Both the position numbers and the translations under genes were made by a program. Shown piece by piece: positions 55,092 to 64,000 of a stretch of DNA of 64,000 bases. Within the stretch, counting starts at the first letter, position 1. Each line of letters opens with the position of its first letter. The notes beneath the pieces were generated by a model that saw only the letters and a list, made by a program, of their open reading frames with translations, was not told the origin of the DNA and made no database searches. Source of the DNA: Eledone cirrhosa (lineage: Eukaryota); assembly GCA_964016885.1 (NCBI GenBank), contig OZ024743.1, positions 38,626,001 to 38,690,000 of the forward strand. Direction: 5' to 3'.

Positions 55092-58000
55092 GCGAAGGAA
55101 ATGTGGTAAGGAACCAGGTGGACCATAACGCACCAAAGTACTCAATACTTGAGGTAGTAGAGTGGGTAATAGGAACCAGTAAGACCCCGACAGCTGAGCT
55201 GAAGCCGTTTAGACGGCTAATTCTGGACTAAATGAAAATTTATCCTGGTATTTAAATAGCCGATCTTCTCAAGGGGTTATTCCATATATGGTCAAAGTGA
55301 TTGTCAAAAATCAGTAGTAAGTCTGTGGATGCAAATTAGTAGGGGAGATGGTGGCTAAACCTGCCAGTAGGAGAAAGAGGGGAGGGGGTGGAGTAGACCC
55401 AATCAGGCGTTTGTAGTGCCAGCTACAGCTGGGCATGAGGTCAAAGAAGATACAGGGGAGGGGGAGGAAGTCGGAACGGTAGTTAGAACAATGGGGGGTA
55501 GAAAAATATAGGAAAGAAAAAATACTGAGAGTGAAGAAAAGCAAATAAGTGTAAAGAAAAACAAATGAGTGTAAAGAAAAAAGTAAAGTAAATTAAATTC
55601 TACGACCTAGGTCTCTAGCTATTGTTAGGCTAGAATAAATAAATAAATAAAGAAAGAAAGAAAGAAGTAAAGAAAGAAATAAAGAAATAACGAAATAAGT
55701 AAAAGAACTAGGTGGGACGAAATAGGCGAGGACCCTTTTAAGAGGTATAAGGACGTAAATGATACGGTGACGGGTCAACAAAAGGGGCCAAAATACTAAA
55801 GAGACTACCACGAAATAAACAATAAAGGTTTCCATCCCGGGCACAATTCCAGCAACCACCCAGTGCAGCAAAGTGAACTAATACGAGATAATAATTCTGA
55901 GTCCCGAGAAAAATATATACTAATGCTAACTCTAAAAGATCTAAAACAAGCTACATGAAAGTTCGTACGAAGTAAAGGTAGAATACGGAAAAATAAATTC
56001 AGAATCCACCCCGCCCAAAATAAAAGCGAAGAAAGAAATACTGAAACGAAAAAATAAGGCATAAGTGTCACTAAGAAATATAGAGGGCACAGAGAATAGT
56101 GGGAGCGGTCGGAAAAAGGGGACAAGTATCCGGGGTCTAAACCAACTGCTATAAAGGGCGGAGTCCGCCAAATCTATCCTAGACTAGGGGAGGGGGTGGG
56201 GGTACTAAGGCTACAAGGGGCCAAAGGGCAGCCTCGGGTGGGCGAGAAAAGACGCCGACAAAGGAGAAGAGCTGGGGTAGAAGGACTAAGGAGAGAGAGG
56301 GGAAGGAAGGAAATAAAGGAAGCGATAAAAGAATACAAAGAAGATCTTACGTCTCCCTTGGCAAGCAGGGGTTACCCATTGAAAAATCGGCAAGTGGGGT
56401 GTTATAGCCCTAGTCTACCCCCCCCGGGTCATTATGGGGTTTGAGGGCGAGGGAAGTCCGACGCAATCTATGTTCACATGCAGTAACCAGTTCATCTTTC
56501 TTGTTTAGGAGTTGGTCCGTCGAAAACAGCATTTGTAAAGTTTCCTCCGAGCATAAATTGCACGGACGGCGTCCTCCCGTGTAAGAATTGGCTCCGGACA
56601 GTAATCTCCAAGTGAGATCATAGGTGATGTTGTTGTCGTTGAGGTCCCATATGTGGCCAGAAAGTGTAGTGGCGTGACGCCGGGCCGGGTTTCGGAAGGT
56701 ATGTCTATGTTGGTATAGCCGGGTCTTGAAGTCACATGCGGTAAGTCCTATATAGGCTTTGTTGGAGGTATCCGTCCTCACGTTGCACTGGTAGATCACA
56801 TTACGGTCTCTGCATCTATTGTCGAGTGGGCAAATAGATCTATCCGGGCAGTTACACCTCCTGGTCGGTTCTCCACTGCTATTTAGGTTATTTCTGCCAT
56901 CGGGGTTGAGTTTTTTGTTGTTAGAGGAGACGATGTTTTGTGCGAAGTTTGGTTTAGTGCTGTAAGAGAGTTTGATGGTATTTTTGTTAATTATGTTGTG
57001 GTAGCGGTGTTGTAATGGGAAGTGTTTTTCAATGAGCCTAAAGAATAGTTTCCCGATGGGAGTTGTCACCTCTGCGTTGTGGGGAGGATTGAACCATGTT
57101 ACATTGCGTGAGCAGCGGCGGTGTCTCCTGCTGGTTCCGCTAATGGGAGCTGGATAGTAGGATATTTCCTCCCGGAAACCACTCCGCTTGAGGGCCTGGT
57201 TGTAATAAGGCGCATGTTCATCGAATATCCGCTCATTCGCTGACAAACGGGATATGCGGAGGGAGATGTTTTTGACCAGGTTGTTTGTGATGTTCCTAGG
57301 ATGGTTTGATCGGCGGTGGATGTAGTGCAGATTGTCATTAGGTTTCCTGTATGGGTAGTACAGGTCGTTTTCGAGGTCGAGGGTCATGTCCAGGAAGTTT
57401 ACTCTGGTCAGGGACGTTTGTAGGGTTATTTTAAATCCCCAGTCTCGGAAGAATCTGATTAATTGTTTCTGGACCCGATCTGTACTACTGGGGTTGTACC
57501 CTTTAAGGGTAAGGAGCCCATCATCACGGTACAATCCACCACCGAATGCAGGAAACATATCAGTGAGTTTGGCTATTAGGAATAATCCTATAAGATCTGT
57601 GACCTCCGCCGAATGCGTGGCGCCCATGCTGATGTCGAAGGGTGAGTCGGGAGCTCTTTTTATCCATTTAGAGTCGTCAAAGAGAAAGACTGTCTTCCTG
57701 GCGTGGAGGATGATTTTTCTTTCCTGGTCGGTGATGGGCACAAGTGTTTCGGCGAAGTCCAAGGCGGCAGTAAGTAGCGGTAAGGTGATTGAAGCATAGT
57801 AGCTCTCTATGTCGAACTGTATGAATTTAGTTTCTCGTTTATCCTCCATATTGCTGAACCAGGAGCTTACTTCCTGGGTGTTGATCCATAGGCTAAGTCG
57901 GGTGTGTTGCTTGACTTTTGGTATCACGCGGTCTAGGATTTTTTTGCTGATTCTCCCTATGTCGGACTTCGTTGGGTTAATAAGCCTGATAGAGGGTTTA

Positions 58001-58852
58001 CGGTCAAAATCGGATTTATGGTCCTTCAGTGTGAAGTATGGTGTCCGTGGGTCTAGAGGTTCCGTGCGGTCGGCGACCCCGAGGCTGGAGGTGATTTGTT
58101 GTCCATCTCGATTTATGTCCTCGATGCAAGAGTGGTTGGCCTTTTTATAGGTAGAGTTTAGGCTGCTCCTGATCAGTGTGTGGTATCTGTCAGGGTTGAC
58201 AAAGTATAGGTTCCCAGTTTTATCCGAATGCACCATGATGTCATTTGTGTTATCATACACTGTTAGGTTGCTACGGAGTTTTTGTAGGAATCGGTTGTGT
58301 CTGGGTTTAAATTTAATGTTCTTGACCAGTTGGAAGAGGTCATTCTCGAAGGGTGCGAACAAGGGGTTCAGGGGCGGAGATTTGTAGGTAATAAATCCGA
58401 ATCTCTCCTTGGTGCCGAAGTCTTGGTTGTCGCAATATCTGTCATAGAAAAAAGTTCTCCATCTAAGTCTTTTCGCAAATAGATCGATTTTTTGCGTGAG
58501 CATCCGAAGGTAAAGTTTTTTCGGTGGGATTGGGATGTTCTTGGTAGAGAAGTCAATGTTGTGTTTTCGCATGGTGCGGGTGAAATGAATTGAGCTTAGC
58601 GGAAAAGTCTGGATACGGCGTGGTAGGGTCGGAAAGTGCTCTACTACGGGGGTAGGAGCTAGATAGCAAAGGAAATGTGGTAAGGAACCAGGTGGACCAT
58701 AACGCACCAAAGTACTCAATACTTGAGGTAGTAGAGTGGGTAATAGGAACCAGTAAGACCCCGACAGCTGAGCTCAAGCCGTTTCGACGGCTAATTCTGG
58801 ACTAAATGAAAATTTATCCTGGTATTTAAATAGCCGATCTTCTCGGCTATTT
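55092..58852 (-). mobile_element. Full-length Penelope-like element (Naiad-like) with ~175-bp pseudo-LTRs, in (TA)n
   Basis: Direct repeats 55096-55270 and 58669-58843 (2 visible substitutions), intact ORF, ~1.1-kb 3' UTR, small terminal inversion aaatagccga/tcggctattt. Confidence 0.95.
56410..58572 (-). CDS. PLE polyprotein: reverse transcriptase + C-terminal GIY-YIG endonuclease (720 aa)
   Basis: STKNIPIP..RLRWRTFF, SDKTGN, TLKDHK, RLINP, FDIESYY, SMGATHS, YRDDGL, NFLDMTL, CNC..CPL..C, VIYQC..YIGLT, CNLC; first ATG at 58572. Confidence 0.95.
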   Translation of the reverse strand: MRKHNIDFSTKNIPIPPKKLYLRMLTQKIDLFAKRLRWRTFFYDRYCDNQDFGTKERFGFITYKSPPLNPLFAPFENDLFQLVKNIKFKPRHNRFLQKLRSNLTVYDNTNDIMVHSDKTGNLYFVNPDRYHTLIRSSLNSTYKKANHSCIEDINRDGQQITSSLGVADRTEPLDPRTPYFTLKDHKSDFDRKPSIRLINPTKSDIGRISKKILDRVIPKVKQHTRLSLWINTQEVSSWFSNMEDKRETKFIQFDIESYYASITLPLLTAALDFAETLVPITDQERKIILHARKTVFLFDDSKWIKRAPDSPFDISMGATHSAEVTDLIGLFLIAKLTDMFPAFGGGLYRDDGLLTLKGYNPSSTDRVQKQLIRFFRDWGFKITLQTSLTRVNFLDMTLDLENDLYYPYRKPNDNLHYIHRRSNHPRNITNNLVKNISLRISRLSANERIFDEHAPYYNQALKRSGFREEISYYPAPISGTSRRHRRCSRNVTWFNPPHNAEVTTPIGKLFFRLIEKHFPLQHRYHNIINKNTIKLSYSTKPNFAQNIVSSNNKKLNPDGRNNLNSSGEPTRRCNCPDRSICPLDNRCRDRNVIYQCNVRTDTSNKAYIGLTACDFKTRLYQHRHTFRNPARRHATTLSGHIWDLNDNNITYDLTWRLLSGANSYTGGRRPCNLCSEETLQMLFSTDQLLNKKDELVTACEHRLRRTSLALKPHNDPGGVD

Positions 58853-58859
58853 ATATATA

Positions 58860-58910
<51 letters not shown>

Positions 58911-58979
58911 GTATATATATACATATATATATATATACATATATATATATGTATATATATATATATATGTATATATATG

Positions 58980-59473
<494 letters not shown>

Positions 59474-59572
59474 GTATATATAGTATTAGTTATACTATTT
59501 ATGGTTATGTAAACACAAAACCTTAAGCAGTTGTAAGTATTTTACACACACCCTAAATAGTGGTAGGCAGTA

Positions 59573-61000
59573 ATGTATTACTACCTTATTACCAGTAAGT
59601 TAAGCGATGATGCACTTCTACTCATAGAATATAAAAAATTTAATATAGAAAGAACTAGAAAACAACTGCATAAGACATTCAAAAACTTTAACCTTAGTAT
59701 CACCATGGACAAAAACACTAAAAATGTTAACTTCCTAGACGCCACACTATACCTAGACTCAAAAATATATACACCTTTCCATAAGCCTAATGAGAAACTT
59801 ATTTACGTAGATACCAAGTCTAATCACCCTAGATCAATATTAAACTCTATCTCTAAGGGGGTGTCCGATAGAATCTCTAATCTGTCCTATGACGCAAACA
59901 TATTTAGCAAAAACTCACAATATTACAATCAAGCATTAGCTAGCTCCGGCCATAATATAGAAATAGAGTTCCTACCTAAGAAAACACATAGCTACAACAT
60001 CATCTCGCACAACATGTCCATGAGGAAATCTAATAATAGGAATAGCAACCACAAGTACACCAAAGCGGAGGGTGCCACCGGAAGTAACCATTACCATGGA
60101 AACTACTGTGAGGCCTTAGGAGGAAGCAACACACCAAACACTAAAAGCAAAAATAGAAGAAGAAATAATACATTTTTCAACCCTCCTTTCAACCTAAATG
60201 TCTCCACCAACATACCTAGGGCTTTCTTCTCACTACTAGATAAAAACTTCCCTCTAGGACACAAGTACCACAACCTCTTAAACAAAAACACCATTAAAAT
60301 CTCATACTCTACGACGCCTAACTTAGCATACCACATAGCTAGCAGCAATAATAGTAAAATTAGTTCTTACTTCCAACAAACAAAATCACAACGGGATGCA
60401 AACCCTCTAAATACCACTGTAGCAAGCAACAATAGCAACGGCAGTAACAATAGAAATAACACTAGTATAAGTAATAACACCAGGGTTGTCAACCTGAACA
60501 CCCAAAATCCTATATCCACCACACAGACTTCCGCATTGCATTATAACCAGCGGACTAACGCACAGAATAATTGTAACTGTAGAGCTAATAGAACCTGCCC
60601 TTTAGATAAAAAATGCCTAACCAAGGATGTCATATACTCATGCACAGTCACGACTAATAACTCTTCAGAAACCTATGTAGGCTCCACTTCTAACTGCTTC
60701 AAAATTAGATATAACTCGCACATCCACTCGTTCAAAAAGCACAGCCTAGCCAACTCCACCTCACTTTCTAGCTACATACACTATCTAAAATCTAAAAATA
60801 AACCATACACACTCAAATGGGAAGTGATAGGCAGCGCGACCTCGTACAAACCACCTAATAAATTCTGTAACCTCTGTATACTAGAGACACACAATATTAT
60901 CTTCTCCAACCGTAACCTACTTAACAAAAAATCTGAGGTGTTTGCAACTTGCCAGCACCGCCTCAGACATTCCTTCCAAAACTTTAAGCCCTATATATAG
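59573..61000 (+). pseudogene. Truncated PLE RT (from the DD motif) + GIY-YIG with Asn/Ser-rich insertions
   Basis: SDDALL, VNFLDATL, KSNHP, FFNPPF, NKNTIKISYS, CNCRANRTCPLDKKC, VIYSC..YVGST, CNLC. Confidence 0.9.
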
Positions 61001-62431
61001 CAATGTCGGACTGGAACCTAACACCACATCTAGCATCAAACACCAGAGACACACCCTATACTACATACCCAACACTAGCTGATGCATTATAACACAAACA
61101 ACGACATCCCTCTGGAACCCTTCGCAGGGAAAATACCCATTTATACCTCTACGGCAGGTGTGACAACATCCACCCACCTGGACGGCACTACACCGCTCTA
61201 AGGGTAATTTGAGCATGAATCGATCGGTTGGATGGTGTTGGGCAGAGGAAACACCTTCCTTAGACAGATGTAAAATGATTTAATCGAGTAGCGCTGTTGA
61301 CCAGTAGGACCGGGCTGCTGAGCGCAGTGAGTGAATGCAATGCAACTGCCGTGCGGGTTGTACGTATATGGATGATCTGACGGTCAGAGAGGGGTCGCGA
61401 GGACTACGGATTGACCTTTGGCCTGCCTGGGGACGATTATCTTTCGACATCCAATGTAGCAAGCGATGACCCAGATCTTACCAGAGATCATTGGGTCCTG
61501 AAGCAATCCTGCAATCACCGCGCCTGGTTATATGAGCAGACTACAACCACAGAGATCATTAATTTAGAATCCTCGCTCATCATCTATAATTTCCATTTGT
61601 AGCACCTTAAGATGGGTTAATCCACATTAATAATAATATGATCTCCTTCAGCATAATTTAGTTAAACTATATAGTTAGTACACTTTATGCTTTAAAAGTC
61701 TCTCTTGGAAGGTGCACCTCACCATAGAATTTAGGGTCCATATTGGGACACATTTTAATGGCTAGATATAGAAACCCCAGAGTTACCTCCCCGCATGCAT
61801 TAACTCCCCTTAGCCACACACACACTTCCGGTATTCAATGGCGTCTCTCGAAACGTAACAACCTCCTGTATCGAACTAAGGAACACCAGACTACGATCTC
61901 TAACTGGATTGTCGTGGATTATGTGAAAGGCATATAATCGAAATATACACTCCCTTGACCATGAAAATGCCGAAGTACATGAATTACGTGACATCCCTGC
62001 GTTGTGCATCTCCAATACTTATAACACTTTTAATGCTTGCACTATCTTTAATGTTTATAATATTTCTCCACACACAGACTACATCAATCATATAAAGACT
62101 TTGCCACCAGATCTACCAACCTAACACTCTTATTTACCTACCTAAGTGCCTCTACCACACATATCTCTCTGCCACACTATATAAACAAGACGCACATGCG
62201 TGCCACACATATAACATTTGCACTATATAACCACTTATCTTCATGTTGTACTTTAAACTATATCTTTGATTGTACCTATTAATATAAATGTAATCTCGAA
62301 GTGTGTACTGCCACTCTAAATTTTGTAATGAATGTTGACCCACAATGTTTGAATATGTATCAATGTTTGAATATGTATTGGTATGTCTCTCGGCTGAAAA
62401 GGAGGTCATATAACTGTCCATGCATTAATAA

Positions 62432-62484
62432 ATTGCTCCGAAGAATCCAAACCTCGGTTTGGAGGAAACAGCTGTAAGCACAAT
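62432..62484 (+). ncRNA. Type I hammerhead (U4C core) at the PLE 3' end
   Basis: tgct CCGAAGA a tccaaac ctcg gtttgga g GAAA cagctg TA agca. Confidence 0.75.
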
Positions 62485-62663
62485 AATGTTTTGAACAGTT
62501 CTTTGATTCTTATATTTCATATGTATATATATATACATATATATGTATATATATATACATATATATGTATATATATATACATATATATATATATATACAT
62601 ATATATTTATATATATATACATATATATGTATATATATATATATATATATATACATATATATT

Positions 62664-62771
<108 letters not shown>

Positions 62772-62815
62772 CATATATGTATATATATATATATATATAC
62801 ATATATATGTATATA

Positions 62816-62855
<40 letters not shown>

Positions 62856-62909
62856 CATATATGTATATATATATATACATATATGTATATATATATATAT
62901 ATATACATA

Positions 62910-62982
<73 letters not shown>

Positions 62983-62994
62983 GTATATATATAC

Positions 62995-63056
<62 letters not shown>

Positions 63057-63127
63057 GTATATATATACATATACATATATATATATATATATATATAAGT
63101 ATATATATATATATATACATATACATA

Positions 63128-63327
63128 NNNNNNNNNNNNNNNNNNNNNNNNNNNNNNNNNNNNNNNNNNNNNNNNNNNNNNNNNNNNNNNNNNNNNNNNN
63201 NNNNNNNNNNNNNNNNNNNNNNNNNNNNNNNNNNNNNNNNNNNNNNNNNNNNNNNNNNNNNNNNNNNNNNNNNNNNNNNNNNNNNNNNNNNNNNNNNNNN
63301 NNNNNNNNNNNNNNNNNNNNNNNNNNN
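63128..63327. other. Assembly gap (200 N)
   Basis: Run of n. Confidence 1.

Positions 63328-64000
<673 letters not shown>

Larger units (their letters stand above)
59482..62520 (+). mobile_element. 5'-truncated Penelope-like element, second family
   Basis: RT C-terminal half + GIY-YIG ORF, ~1.5-kb 3' region, terminal HHR, then (TA)n. Confidence 0.85.

Noticed and set aside
58573-58719. N-terminal 49 aa of the 769-aa ORF call
   Set aside because: Starts at a non-ATG codon inside the pseudo-LTR; PLE-like sequence begins at ATG 58572.

Overview
AT-rich, microsatellite-saturated animal DNA with no convincing host gene. The SINE/LINE content and huge (TA)n/(CA)n tracts suggest a cephalopod (octopus-like) genome, which is an inference. 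Almost all ORF-track entries are microsatellite artefacts. The real content is as follows. (i) One intact Penelope-like retroelement (RT + C-terminal GIY-YIG, Naiad-like) with pseudo-LTRs at 55.1-58.9 kb, plus a second 5'-truncated one at 59.5-62.5 kb. (ii) A 12-kb nest of LINEs at (TAA)n tracts (30.3-42.1 kb): a full-length decayed Tx1/L1-type element, two R4/Dong-type elements, Tx1 fragments and tRNA-SINEs. (iii) RTE 3' fragments. (iv) A dense set of small non-coding elements, mostly embedded in (TA)n, carrying type I hammerhead ribozymes (HHR) and arranged as partial tandems, palindromes or fold-backs. These include a palindromic family with a compensatory U3-A8 core and a 6.5 x 616-bp array with a non-canonical hammerhead-like fold. 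Best hypothesis: a community of retrozyme-like, possibly circRNA-producing, non-autonomous elements mobilised by Penelope-like RT/GIY-YIG. All RNA structures were paired by eye; no folding or database search was run.
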